Assembly: GCA_964540815.1 (NCBI GenBank)
Contig: CAZIOH010000031.1
Coordinates: 211-64,210 of the forward strand
Origin: an uncultured Myxococcales bacterium
GTDB taxonomy: Bacteria; Myxococcota_A; Polyangia; Fen-1088
Reading direction: 5' to 3'
DNA length: 64,000 nt
Below are positions 27,158 to 38,440 of this stretch, piece by piece. Position numbers and translations under genes: made by a program. The notes under the pieces are model-generated. The model was not told where the DNA came from. It made no database searches and saw only the letters and a program-made list of their open reading frames with translations. Positions within the stretch are counted from its first letter, which is position 1, and every line of letters starts with the position of its first letter.

Positions 27158-28546
27158 TCAGCTCTCGTCGTCGCCTTCGACCTTCTTGGCCAGAGTCTGC
27201 CGCGTGATCCCGAGGTGCTGGGCGGCCTGGGTGCGGTTTCCCCCGCAGATCGCAAGGACGCGGCGGATGTGCGAGAGCTCGACCTCTTCGAGAGTTGGAA
27301 TGTGGCTGGTGCTCACCCCGTGCTCAGCGCCTGGCCCGATCATTGGGGCAGGCAACGGCGCCGACAGCGCGGCCTGGAGCAGCTCTGGCGCCAGGTGCGC
27401 CGGCCTGAGCAGCACGTCGTCGTGCAACAGAACGGCTCGGCTGATGACCGCCCGCAGCTCACGGACGTTGCCGGGCCAGCGGTAGCTCTCGAGCAGTCCC
27501 AGCGTCGCCGGCTCGAGCGCCGTGAACCGGCGACCGAACTCGCGAGCCGACTCGGCCAGGAAGTGCTCGGAGAGCGCGGAGATATCGGCGTGGCGGTTGC
27601 GGAGTGGAGGCAGGCGCACCGTGATCGCGTTCAACCGGTAGAACAGATCCTCGCGGAACGTGCGGGCTGCCACCAGTTCCGCCAGATCGCGGTTGGTCGC
27701 GGCCACGATCCGGGCCTCCACCCTCCGCACCGAGGTGGACCCGACACGGCGAAAGGTCCGTTGCTCTAGAAAGGTGAGCAGCTTGGCCTGAGCACCGAGA
27801 CCGAGGTCCCCAATCTCGTCCAGGAACAGTGTCCCACCGTCGGCGAGCTCGACCAGCCCGAGCTTGCGCTCGCGCGCATCCGAGAAGGCTCCCCGCTCGT
27901 GCCCGAAGAGCTCGCTTTCGACCAGGTTCTCCGGGATCGCCGAGCAGTTGAGCTCGATGAATGGCCCACGGGCACGCGGTGAGCCATCGTGGAGCATGCG
28001 CGCGACGGCCTGCTTTCCGGTGCCGCTCTCGCCGATCACCAGGACGGTCGGGACCGAGCTGGCCGCGATGACCCCGACGTCCCTCAGAACCTTCTCCATC
28101 TCCGGGGCCACATGGACGAACCCTGTCCCCCCCGCATGCTTGCGCTCCTGGGCCGCAAGGTAAGCCACGCGCCGCTCGAGCAGGTTGGTCCGTGCGGCGT
28201 TCCGGACGGCGGCGACGATCTCCTCCAGCTCGAACGGCTTCTTGATGAAGTCGTAGCCACCGAGCTTCATGGCGGTCACGGCGCTCTCGATCGATCCGTG
28301 CGCCGAGATCAGGATCACTTTGGTGTCTGGCGCCTCGGCCCGCATGCGGCGGAGCAGCTCGAGCCCATCCCCGTCTCCGAGCACCAGATCGAGGAGGACC
28401 ACATCGGGCCGGTCCTCCTGAAAGCGCTCCCAGGCTTCGCCAGCGGACGCCGCCGCCGAGACCTCGAAGCCTTCTTGGCCCAGGACCGACCGAATGGATT
28501 GCCGGATCAGCACCTCGTCGTCGGCGACCAGGACATGGGCGGTCAT
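27158..28546 (-). CDS. sigma-54-dependent response regulator (NtrC family: REC, AAA+ and HTH)
   Basis: The REC domain (VLVADDE...DVVLLDLVLGDGDG) and the sigma-54 interaction domain (GESGTGKQAVARMLH, ESELFGHERGAF) are present. The Fis-type HTH is QAAQHLGITRQTL. Confidence 0.9.
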   Translation of the reverse strand: MTAHVLVADDEVLIRQSIRSVLGQEGFEVSAAASAGEAWERFQEDRPDVVLLDLVLGDGDGLELLRRMRAEAPDTKVILISAHGSIESAVTAMKLGGYDFIKKPFELEEIVAAVRNAARTNLLERRVAYLAAQERKHAGGTGFVHVAPEMEKVLRDVGVIAASSVPTVLVIGESGTGKQAVARMLHDGSPRARGPFIELNCSAIPENLVESELFGHERGAFSDARERKLGLVELADGGTLFLDEIGDLGLGAQAKLLTFLEQRTFRRVGSTSVRRVEARIVAATNRDLAELVAARTFREDLFYRLNAITVRLPPLRNRHADISALSEHFLAESAREFGRRFTALEPATLGLLESYRWPGNVRELRAVISRAVLLHDDVLLRPAHLAPELLQAALSAPLPAPMIGPGAEHGVSTSHIPTLEEVELSHIRRVLAICGGNRTQAAQHLGITRQTLAKKVEGDDES

Positions 28547-30096
28547 CGAACCACCGGCAGGTGGATCTCGAACACGGCACCCGAGCCATCCGCGGGCGGG
28601 CGATTGCGGGCCTCGATTCGGCCACCGTGCTCGAGGACGATGTTCTGGGTGACCGCGAGCCCCAGGCCATGACCGTCCGGCTTGGTCGTGAAGAAGGGCT
28701 TGAAGAGCTCCGGCAAGTGTGCCTGGTCGAAACCTGGCCCACGGTCCGCCACCCGGAGCACCACCTCATCGCGTCCGCCCGTCGGGTGGCTGGCGCCGAG
28801 CTCGACCACGGCACCATCTGCGCCGCTGGCCTCGATGGCATTGATGAGGAGGTTCACCATGGCCTGCGTGAATAGCAAAGGATCGACCTCCACGGGAGGC
28901 AGGACGGGAGCCTCGGTGCGAGCCAGGCGGACTCCGCTCCGCTGAAAGGCCGATCGCGTGGCCTCCTCGGCCGAGTCCATCAGGCTGGAGACCGTCACAA
29001 TCTCCATCCGCGGGGCCAGAGGTCGCGAATAGTTGACGAGTCGGCGCACCAGTCCCTCGACCCGAGCGATCTCGCGGTTGAGCGCCTCGGCGGTCTCCAC
29101 CACGGGTGCGCCGCCAGGGGTCGCCGCCCCCTGCCGCGCCAGGAGCTGAATCGCTGCCTTCATTCCTGCCAAGGGATTCAGCACCTCGTGGGCGAGCTTG
29201 GCCGCGAGCTCACCCATCGCCGAGAGCTTCTCGCTCTGGACCAGTCGCCTCCGGTGCTCCCCGAGCGCGGTGTCGGTCTCCTCCAGCTTCTCCACCAAGG
29301 CCCGAACCTGGTCCCCGAGCGCCTCGAGCCCGGCTCGACCTGGAGCCACCTGGATGCGGGTTCGCTCGGCCGCTGACTCGATTTGAACCTCGAGCTCGTA
29401 GATCGGTCGGGTGGCGCGGCGCGCCCACCAGAACCCGACCAGCAGGCTGGCGGCCGCGCCGACGATGCTGGTTCCCACCAGGATTCGCCCGAGCCGGGCC
29501 ACGTTGCGCTGCGCCTCGGCGAGCGCGCGCTCGGCCTCGCGTCGGGCAATCCCGGCGAACTCTTGAAAGAGGCGCCAGAGGCGTTGCGTCCGGACGTAGT
29601 TTCCTTGAAGCACCGTCTTGGCTTCCTCCACCCGGCCCTCGTCGTGGCGTGAGACCGCTTGCTTCCGGATCGAGTCGTACGCGCCGTATTCTCTCTGGAT
29701 GGCGTCGAGCACGCCGGCTAGCTCGCGGCTCGTCACCTTGGTATGGGCGCTGGCCAGCCACGACTCGAAGGGCGAACGATTGGTCTCGAGCTCGGAGAGC
29801 CAGAGTCGGTTTCCGGTCAAGAGGTACTCCGCCACGAAGCCCTTCTGGTACTGGAAGGCACTCATCGCCGCGGCATCGTCGATGAGCGCGAGCTGTTGAG
29901 AGACGGCCTCCCTGGCCACCGCCGAGGTGTGCTCGAGGCTCGAAAGTCCGACCGCGCAGACGATCCCGATCGCTGCGGCGGTACCGAGCGACGCGAACGC
30001 CAGGCGCCCCCAGATGGCCGAGGATCGGTACCGATGCATCGTCGAGGCAGTATGCCCGGGTTTGTTGCCTCGGTCCGCTGCCGTGTCTCGCCTCAC
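28543..30096 (-). CDS. sensor histidine kinase (TM-HAMP-HisKA-HATPase_c) partner of the NtrC-type regulator
   Basis: The H-box is AHEVLNPLAGMKAAIQLL. The ATP-binding G-boxes are GPGF...GLGLAV. It overlaps the RR start by 4 bp. Confidence 0.85.
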   Translation of the reverse strand: MRRDTAADRGNKPGHTASTMHRYRSSAIWGRLAFASLGTAAAIGIVCAVGLSSLEHTSAVAREAVSQQLALIDDAAAMSAFQYQKGFVAEYLLTGNRLWLSELETNRSPFESWLASAHTKVTSRELAGVLDAIQREYGAYDSIRKQAVSRHDEGRVEEAKTVLQGNYVRTQRLWRLFQEFAGIARREAERALAEAQRNVARLGRILVGTSIVGAAASLLVGFWWARRATRPIYELEVQIESAAERTRIQVAPGRAGLEALGDQVRALVEKLEETDTALGEHRRRLVQSEKLSAMGELAAKLAHEVLNPLAGMKAAIQLLARQGAATPGGAPVVETAEALNREIARVEGLVRRLVNYSRPLAPRMEIVTVSSLMDSAEEATRSAFQRSGVRLARTEAPVLPPVEVDPLLFTQAMVNLLINAIEASGADGAVVELGASHPTGGRDEVVLRVADRGPGFDQAHLPELFKPFFTTKPDGHGLGLAVTQNIVLEHGGRIEARNRPPADGSGAVFEIHLPVVR

Positions 30097-32342
30097 AGGT
30101 TGGTCCCGACGTTGCCGATCGTGATGCTGGGGCCGAAGAGCACGGACCAGTGGCTCGCGCGCGGACTCAGGAGATCCGTTGGAACCAGGTGGTAGTCATC
30201 GCGAAGCTCGTAGGCGACCCAGGCGTGGAGGTTGACCGAGGCCTGGGTGGGTTCACCTCGGTTCCCGATCGGGATCGCCACACCCAGTCCGCCCAGCACC
30301 GCCAGGGTCCGCGGAAATCCGGGCGTCGCGGCCAACCCGATCCCGAGCGCGCCGAGCTCGATCGCGACCAGACCTTCGCGCCCCTCGGTCGTGAGCCAGG
30401 TGAGGCGCGAGAGCGCCCCGAAGTTGAGGGTCAGGACGTCGCTTGGTGCGGTGATGCGAAACAGCCCGGTCGGAATGGCGGCGGTCGCATAGAATCGCAC
30501 GCGCCCCTCACCGAAGACCACGTCCCACTGCGCTGCGGGGAGATTGACGTAGAGGTTGGCCCCGCCGATGTCTTGCGCCTCGTCCACGAAGTGAGACACC
30601 CGGACGGTGAGCCGATCGAAGGGGGCACGAACCCCTCGGAGCCAGAATACCCGTGGCTCGGGAGCCCCCCGGAGGACCATCCTCTCCGAGAGATGCGCAT
30701 CCGGACGGGCGGAGTCGTCGAGCTTGGTGACATTGACCTCGATGGCGACGTCCTGGGTCCCGGTTTCCGGAGTCAGACGTTCGCGGTGGACGATCAAGCG
30801 ACAGCTCTCCCGCTGAGAGAACGGGACGGTCCTGCGCACGCCGGGCTCGAGGCGCTCGAGGCGTCCATCTCGTCCGGCGCACTGGAGCTCGACGAGCGGC
30901 TTGCCTCCGAGCACGGACGCCCCGATCGGAGCCGGGATGCTGGCCTCCCGGATCGGGCGCTGCGACGGCTCCGTGAGGATCGCGAGATCCGTCGACGTGA
31001 ACGGGGGCGGCAACCCGTCCACTCGATAGGCGAAGCGCAGAGCGACGAAGCCACCCGCGCCGGAATCGCCGCGCACGGACCACGCCGGACCCGATCCGCC
31101 CACCGTGTACGCCCCCTCCACCGGCACCGGGACCAGCCGGGCGTGATCGCCCGCCGGGCTGGGGCGGAGGACGGCGTCGCGGTTCGTGGGGAGGAAGGGG
31201 ATGTTGCCGAAGCCCGGCAAATCCAAGGTGGCTCTCACCTGGGGCGCCGCCCGTGTATCGCTCCGAGCGACCGCCACGACGGTGTCGTAAGGTTCCGGAC
31301 GCGAGGCCGTGACGGTGATCTGGCTGTCCTCGAGCTCGGGGACCCCGAGCTGCACGTAGACCGCGTCGGCGCTCGATTCGAGACGCTGGACCTCCGAGGC
31401 GTATCCATTCACCGTCCACCGAAGGCTGCGTGCGTCGTGTCCGCAGCGACCGTCGACGCGGATGATCATCCGCGTGGCGTCGGCCCGGCGCAGGGGTTGC
31501 CCCGAGACGATGGTCGCGGGGCAGTGCAAGACCGACACCGTCTCGGATGCGACGGGCTCGAGGGTGTCGCCGTGTCCGATGAACGTTCCCGGAAGCAGGC
31601 GCAGCCGAATGTCCACGGCCGTCGCGACGCCGCTCACCGACCGGACCAAGATGGCGGAGTCCACCAGGTCGCAGCGTGCCTGGCCACAGTCCACGCTCGA
31701 CACCGCCTCGGGGTGGACCAGGGGAATGCGGCCGGCTCCACTCGTGAGGTCCACCACCGCGGTTGCGGGCAGGAGCCGATCGAGCACCACCCGGGCCGCA
31801 CGGATGGGCGGACCGAGCTCGGTGGGTGGCGGACCGGCCCCGGAGCCCTCGTGAAATGCGTTCGAAGGTGACAGGAGAGTGAAACTCGAATCGGCAGGAA
31901 GCTCACGCGGGACCGCCAGGGCGCAGCCCTCGCTCTGGTCTGCGGCGCCCGTTGACGTGGGATCGAGACAGGTGGATTCACCCGGCCCCGATGGGCCCTG
32001 CCAGCGAACGCGCAGCCCCTTCAGCCGCCATCCCCGAAGCTCGAGCCGGCCCTGATCGGAAAAGAGGACCGCTCGGGTGGGATCGACCGAGGGCAGCACG
32101 CCCGACAACCCCTCCGCCGGTCGCGTCGAGGGCGCAGGATGCTCCGTCGCCGCAGCCTCGGAAGGAAAGAAGCCAGGGCCGAGCCCACCCAGCGAGAGCA
32201 CAGCGAACCACCACCCGGCCCCGGCTCGGGACTTGTGACGGAAGGAGCGGGCACCGGCAGGCGGGGAGATGAATCGCAGGCAAGCCGGGTCCCTGGACGA
32301 TTCACCCACTCTGCCAAACACGGTCTGCACACCGGGTGCCAA
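30093..32342 (-). CDS. large secreted protein of unknown function co-transcribed with the HK/RR pair
   Basis: GC3 is high throughout. An internal signal-peptide-like segment (WWFAVLSLGGLGPGFFPSEAAA) is present. The 4-bp overlap with the HK start points to one operon. The track start at 32342 is TTG and overlaps a sigma-54-like element, so the true start is probably further downstream. Confidence 0.55.
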   Translation of the reverse strand: MAPGVQTVFGRVGESSRDPACLRFISPPAGARSFRHKSRAGAGWWFAVLSLGGLGPGFFPSEAAATEHPAPSTRPAEGLSGVLPSVDPTRAVLFSDQGRLELRGWRLKGLRVRWQGPSGPGESTCLDPTSTGAADQSEGCALAVPRELPADSSFTLLSPSNAFHEGSGAGPPPTELGPPIRAARVVLDRLLPATAVVDLTSGAGRIPLVHPEAVSSVDCGQARCDLVDSAILVRSVSGVATAVDIRLRLLPGTFIGHGDTLEPVASETVSVLHCPATIVSGQPLRRADATRMIIRVDGRCGHDARSLRWTVNGYASEVQRLESSADAVYVQLGVPELEDSQITVTASRPEPYDTVVAVARSDTRAAPQVRATLDLPGFGNIPFLPTNRDAVLRPSPAGDHARLVPVPVEGAYTVGGSGPAWSVRGDSGAGGFVALRFAYRVDGLPPPFTSTDLAILTEPSQRPIREASIPAPIGASVLGGKPLVELQCAGRDGRLERLEPGVRRTVPFSQRESCRLIVHRERLTPETGTQDVAIEVNVTKLDDSARPDAHLSERMVLRGAPEPRVFWLRGVRAPFDRLTVRVSHFVDEAQDIGGANLYVNLPAAQWDVVFGEGRVRFYATAAIPTGLFRITAPSDVLTLNFGALSRLTWLTTEGREGLVAIELGALGIGLAATPGFPRTLAVLGGLGVAIPIGNRGEPTQASVNLHAWVAYELRDDYHLVPTDLLSPRASHWSVLFGPSITIGNVGTNL

Positions 32343-32639
32343 CCCAGGCGGACAGCCAACTCGAGTGGCTTCACCAGCGCGGTGGCAAAATTTCGAACGT
32401 TCAACCTTTCAAGTGGAAAGGACCTTGTCGGCGTCGACGAGCCCGATCCCGGCGTATCGTTCGGCTCGAGCTGGTCGCATCTCTGGCGCCAGGACCACGG
32501 TTGCGACATGCTGTCCACCGGGACCGGCACTCCATCGGGGTTCACCTACGACAACTCGCGATATGGCGACAATTTGGCTCGGCTACCGACCAGCTCACGC
32601 TGCAAGTCTCCGTCGTCCCCGCGCGAGGATGGCGTGCGG

Positions 32640-34472
32640 ATGGCCATGGCGCTGACGCCCGGGCGCGCCCGACGCATCGAGGACTACGCGCTCATCGGAG
32701 ACACCGAGAGCGCGGCCTTGGTGGGGCGGAACGGCTCGATCGACTGGGCGTGCTTCCCGCGCTTCGACTCGGGGGCCTGCTTCGCGGCGTTGCTCGGCAA
32801 CCGCGACAACGGGCGCTGGTCGGTGGCTCCACTCTCCCCATCAAACGAGGTCCGGCGACGGTATCGAGCGGGCACGATGGTCATCGAAACGGAATTCGAG
32901 ACCGCTGGCGGCAGGGTTAGGCTCATCGATTTCATGCCGATTCGCACCGGCAACCCCGTCATCATTCGGATCGTCGAGGGGGTTGCGGGGACGGTCGAGC
33001 TGGCGATCGATCTGGTCGTCCGCTTCGACACGGGCCAGGTGACGCCCTGGGTGAGGCGCTGCGACGACGCCCTCGTCATGACGGCGGGACCCGATGCGCT
33101 CTGTGTGCGCGGGAGCATCGAGGTCCACGGAGAGGACCTCGCCACCGTGGGGCGTGTCGAGGTCCGCGCGGGCGAGCGCCGGGCGCTGACCCTGACCTGG
33201 TTTCCATCCCACGAGCCGCTGCCGGCGTCGGTCGATCCGGAGGACGCCTTGCACGACACCGAGGCGTGGTGGCGGGCGTGGTCGGCCCGCTGTGCCTACG
33301 AGGGTCCCTGGAAGGACGCGGTCGAAACCTCCCTGCGGGTTCTCAAGACCCTCACCTACGGTCCCACCGGCGGAATCGTGGCGGCGCCCACCACCTCGCT
33401 CCCCGAGTGGCCGGGCAGTTCGCGGAACTGGGACTACCGATACTGCTGGTTGCGAGATGCCACGTTGACCCTCTATGCCCTGATGCTGGGGGGCTATGTC
33501 GACGAGGCATCGGCCTGGCGCGACTGGCTGCTGCGCTCGGCGGCCGGCGACCCCGCCAACCTCCAGATCATGTACGGGGTGGCTGGGGAGCGCCGCCTCG
33601 CCGAGTACGAGGCCACCTGGCTGGACGGGTTCGAGGCCTCGAGGCCCGTTCGCATCGGGAACGCCGCGCACGAGCAGCTCCAGATCGATGTCTTCGGGGA
33701 GCTCGGCGACGCCCTCTTCCAGGCCCGCCGTCTCGGGATCGCCTCCGACCCCTGGACCTGGTCACTCGAAAAGAAGCTGCTCGACTTTCTCGAGCGGCGG
33801 TGGCAGGAGCCCGATCACGGAATCTGGGAGGTGCGCGGTCCGAAGCGCCACTTCACCCATTCCAAGATCATGGCCTGGGTGGCCTTCGATCGGGCCATCA
33901 AGTCGGTCGAGCGATTTGGCCTCGAGGGCCCGACCGACCACTGGCGCGCGCTCTGCGCCCAGATTCACGACGAGGTTTGCGAGCGCGGCTACGATCGGAA
34001 GCGGGAGACGTTCACCCAGTCCTACGATCACCCGGCCCTCGATGCCGCCGTCCTTCAGGCATCGCTGGTGGGCTTCCTTCCCGCGAGCGATCCGCGCGTG
34101 GCGGGCACGGTGCGCGCCATCGAGCGCGAGCTCGTCGAGGACGGCCTCGTCCGCAGATACTCGACGGCAGGCCAAGAATCAGCCGATGGACTGCCGCCCG
34201 GCGAAGGGGTGTTTCTGCCGTGCAGCTTCTGGCTGGTCGATGTGTACGTCCAGCTCGGCCGCACCGACCAGGCGGGTCGCCTCTTCGAGAAGCTGCTCGG
34301 GCTGCGGAACGACCTCGGGCTGCTGTCCGAGGAATACGATCCCGGCACGGGGAGGGCGCTCGGGAACTTCCCCCAGGCCTTCTCGCATCTTTCCTTGATC
34401 ACGAGCGCATACAACCTCACGACCGTCGCCGAGCGACCAGCCCGCCACCGTTCTGGCCGACACGGCCAGTGA
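32640..34472 (+). CDS. glycoside hydrolase family 15 (glucoamylase/trehalase-like) protein
   Basis: The GH15 N-terminal motif IEDYALIGDTESAALVGRNGSIDWACFPRFDS and the catalytic (alpha/alpha)6 region are present. ATG at 32640 has a GAGGA RBS. An alternative in-frame ATG lies at 32508. Confidence 0.85.
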   Translation: MAMALTPGRARRIEDYALIGDTESAALVGRNGSIDWACFPRFDSGACFAALLGNRDNGRWSVAPLSPSNEVRRRYRAGTMVIETEFETAGGRVRLIDFMPIRTGNPVIIRIVEGVAGTVELAIDLVVRFDTGQVTPWVRRCDDALVMTAGPDALCVRGSIEVHGEDLATVGRVEVRAGERRALTLTWFPSHEPLPASVDPEDALHDTEAWWRAWSARCAYEGPWKDAVETSLRVLKTLTYGPTGGIVAAPTTSLPEWPGSSRNWDYRYCWLRDATLTLYALMLGGYVDEASAWRDWLLRSAAGDPANLQIMYGVAGERRLAEYEATWLDGFEASRPVRIGNAAHEQLQIDVFGELGDALFQARRLGIASDPWTWSLEKKLLDFLERRWQEPDHGIWEVRGPKRHFTHSKIMAWVAFDRAIKSVERFGLEGPTDHWRALCAQIHDEVCERGYDRKRETFTQSYDHPALDAAVLQASLVGFLPASDPRVAGTVRAIERELVEDGLVRRYSTAGQESADGLPPGEGVFLPCSFWLVDVYVQLGRTDQAGRLFEKLLGLRNDLGLLSEEYDPGTGRALGNFPQAFSHLSLITSAYNLTTVAERPARHRSGRHGQ

Positions 34473-34640
34473 GGGCGGGGGGGCCGCGTTCCCGTCGCAC
34501 CCAGCCGGCGCCAAGCCGGTCGTCGGCGAGCTTCTCCGTCCGACGACGCAACATTACACCGATGACACACTCGGGAAAGGTCCCTGCAATCGGCTCTGCG
34601 CATGCTGTTCTCCGTCAGCAACCCCGAGGAGACACAGCCC

Positions 34641-35723
<1,083 letters not shown>

Positions 35724-35768
35724 TCGCCCACGGACTCCCCCGAGACCACCGAGAAGAAGGAACAACAG

Positions 35769-36710
35769 ATGAAGACCCAAGGCAAACCAGTCGAATCAAC
35801 CGAGGCCAACCGCATCCAAGCGGTGATGGAGAAGGTCAGACTGATCGAGATTCGGACCCGTCGTCTGGTCGACGAGAGCCTCTCCGGTCACTACCACTCG
35901 GTGTTCCGCGGACGCGGAATCGACTTCGACAGCGTCCGTGAATACGTGGCCGGCGACGAGGTCCGAACCATCGACTGGAACGTGACGGCCCGTGCCGGGC
36001 GGCCGTTCGTCAAGCAATTCCACGAGGAACGCGAGCTGGTGGTCTGGATCCTGGTCGACGTCTCCGCGTCGGGAGACTTCGGCTCGGGCTCCACCACCAA
36101 ACGGGAGGTGGCCGCCGAACTGGCTTGCGTGCTGGCTCTCTCGGCGGTGCGGAACAACGACAAGGTGGGCCTGCTGATGTTCAGCGATCGCGTCGAGGTG
36201 CAGATCCCGCCGGCGAAGGGACGGGCCCACGTGCTGCGGGTGGTACGTGAGATCCTGACCTGCGAGCCTTTGGGCCGGGGCACGGACATCGCCGCGGCGC
36301 TGAAGGTGGTACGCCAGCGCGCCCTCCGGCGGTCGGTGGTCTTCCTGATCTCCGACTTCGAGCTGCCGGATGACGCCGGCGCGACCCTGGCGGCTCTGGA
36401 GCGGGCCGCCCGCCCGGTCGGCGCCCGGCATGACGTGGTCGCCTTCGAAGTGCGCGACCCACGAGAGCGCACCCTGCCGGATCTCGGGCTCGTGACCCTC
36501 GAGGACGCCGAGAGCGGCGAGGTCGTCACCCTGGATACCGGTCGGCGAGGGGTGCGTGAGCGATTCGCTGCGCTGGCCACCAGGCGCGACGCCGACATGC
36601 GGCGGGGGCTGCGGCGCCTCCGGGTGGAGACCCTGGCCCTCGACACCACCCGGCCGTATCTGCCGGAGCTGCTCGCCTTCTTCAGGTCGCGCGAGAGGAG
36701 AGTCGCGTGA
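35769..36710 (+). CDS. DUF58 (MoxR-associated, vWA-like) protein
   Basis: GHYHSVFRGRGIDFDSVREYVAGDEVRTIDWNVTAR is the DUF58 signature. It sits directly downstream of moxR. Confidence 0.85.
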   Translation: MKTQGKPVESTEANRIQAVMEKVRLIEIRTRRLVDESLSGHYHSVFRGRGIDFDSVREYVAGDEVRTIDWNVTARAGRPFVKQFHEERELVVWILVDVSASGDFGSGSTTKREVAAELACVLALSAVRNNDKVGLLMFSDRVEVQIPPAKGRAHVLRVVREILTCEPLGRGTDIAAALKVVRQRALRRSVVFLISDFELPDDAGATLAALERAARPVGARHDVVAFEVRDPRERTLPDLGLVTLEDAESGEVVTLDTGRRGVRERFAALATRRDADMRRGLRRLRVETLALDTTRPYLPELLAFFRSRERRVA

Positions 36711-37414
36711 TCCGGCGCGGCTTGGCCTCCCTCGCGCTCGGGCTCGGGCTCGGTCTCGTCTTGGCCCTGGGTGGCGGACTCTCGGTCGTCGACGCGGCGG
36801 TCCCCGCGACGATGACGATGCCCGCCCGCTCGATTGACCCGCGGCTCGCAACGCCCCAGGGCAATTCGCTCGGCGCGGCCAGCGCCGACTCGAGCCAGGA
36901 CATCCGCGACATCCACGGCCCGATCGCCATCGCGAGACGGCGGTCGCCCTGGTGGTACGTCGGCGGGGCGGCCGTCGCCGTCGGAGCGCTCGCGGCGGCG
37001 ATCCTCCATGCGCGCCGCCGCAAGCCGAGCGCACCGGCCCACGAGCGGGCGCTGCGTGCGCTGGGAGAGGCCGGCACTTCGTTCGCAGGCGATCCGCGAC
37101 AGTTCTCGTTCGCCCTCTCCGAGATCGTCCGGCGGTACGTCGAGGAGGCTTTCCAGGTCCGGGCGTCCCATCGAACGACCGAGGAGCTCCTGGTCGACCT
37201 GATGCTGGACCGAAGTGCGGTCGCGCTCCACCGCACGGCGCTCGGCGAGTTCTTGCGCTACTGCGACCTGGCCAAGTTCGCGGGTTGGTCACTCTCGCCC
37301 GCCGACCGGCTCGCCATGCTCGCCAGCGCCAAGACCTTCATTCTAGCAACCGCGGCGCCGGTCTCCCCCGAGCCGGTCCAAACAGCCGCCCTTCGCGGCG
37401 AGGCAATCGCATGA
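36707..37414 (+). CDS. DUF4381-like small membrane protein of the Bat/MoxR operon
   Basis: A single TM helix (WWYVGGAAVAVGALAAAIL) is followed by a soluble tail. The start overlaps the DUF58 stop (ATGA), and the stop overlaps the batA start. Confidence 0.6.
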   Translation: MIRRGLASLALGLGLGLVLALGGGLSVVDAAVPATMTMPARSIDPRLATPQGNSLGAASADSSQDIRDIHGPIAIARRRSPWWYVGGAAVAVGALAAAILHARRRKPSAPAHERALRALGEAGTSFAGDPRQFSFALSEIVRRYVEEAFQVRASHRTTEELLVDLMLDRSAVALHRTALGEFLRYCDLAKFAGWSLSPADRLAMLASAKTFILATAAPVSPEPVQTAALRGEAIA

Positions 37415-38409
37415 TCACGTTCGCACATCCCGCTTTGCTCTGGCTGTTGCTGGTATTGCCCGCGATCGCGCTCCTCCGCTCTCGCCGCGGTCCGAGGGCG
37501 GCGGTTCGCTATGCCAGCGTCGCGACGGCGCGGGCCGTGGCGCGCACGAGCAGGGCCAGGTTGGGCCAGCTCTTGCCATACTTGCGACTACCGGCGGCGG
37601 CCCTGTTGATCGTCGCGCTGGCCAGACCCCAGGTCACCCACTCGAAGAGCAAGATCGAGGCGAGCGGCGTCGACATGATGCTGGCGCTGGATGTCTCGGG
37701 ATCGATGCAGGCGCTCGACCTGCGGCTGGACGGCCAGCCGGCCGATCGGTTGACCGTCGTGAGATCGGTCGTCTCCAAGTTCATCGCCGCGCGGCCGAGC
37801 GATCGGATCGGGATCATCGCGTTCGCAGGGCAACCGTTCCTGGTCAGCCCGCTCACCCTCGACCACGACTGGCTGGAGAAGAGTCTCTCGCGGGTGACCG
37901 TCGGGACGGGCGACGATGGCACCGCGATCGGCTCCGCGCTGGCCGCCTCCGTCAATCGACTGCGGCAGAGCGACGCGAAGTCGAAGGTCGTGGTGCTCTT
38001 GACCGACGGGATGAACAACACGGGGAGCGTGCAGCCCGCGCTGGCGGCCAAGGCGGCCGCGGCCCTCGGAGTCAAGGTCTACACCATCGCGGTCGGCGCG
38101 GAAGGGCGCGCGCCCATCCCGGTCGTCGACGAAGCCGGCCGCAAGCGCATCGTCATGGGCGAGGTCGAGGTCGACGAGCAAACCCTGCGCGGGATCGCCG
38201 ACGCCACCGGGGGCTCGTTCTTCCGCGCCACCGACACGGATTCCTTGCTGGCCATCTACGGTCGCATCGACAGCCTGGAGAAGACCGTGCGCACGATGAA
38301 CAGGTTCGAGCGACACGAGGAGCGCTTTGCCTGGGCGGCGTTTCCGGCCATCGCGATGCTCCTCGCCGAGGTTGGCCTCGCCACCACTGCGCTTCGCCGT
38401 ACCCCCTGA
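37411..38409 (+). CDS. batA: BatA-like vWA domain membrane protein
   Basis: Two N-terminal TM helices are present. The vWA MIDAS motif MLALDVSGSM and TDGMNNTG follow. Confidence 0.85.
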   Translation: MITFAHPALLWLLLVLPAIALLRSRRGPRAAVRYASVATARAVARTSRARLGQLLPYLRLPAAALLIVALARPQVTHSKSKIEASGVDMMLALDVSGSMQALDLRLDGQPADRLTVVRSVVSKFIAARPSDRIGIIAFAGQPFLVSPLTLDHDWLEKSLSRVTVGTGDDGTAIGSALAASVNRLRQSDAKSKVVVLLTDGMNNTGSVQPALAAKAAAALGVKVYTIAVGAEGRAPIPVVDEAGRKRIVMGEVEVDEQTLRGIADATGGSFFRATDTDSLLAIYGRIDSLEKTVRTMNRFERHEERFAWAAFPAIAMLLAEVGLATTALRRTP

Positions 38410-38440
38410 CCATGGCTGGACACAGAAAGTCAAAAGCACG

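Noticed and set aside
35796-37292. 498-aa and 446-aa minus-strand ORFs across DUF58, DUF4381 and batA
   Set aside because: They are antisense to the translationally coupled Bat operon and have no recognisable domains.
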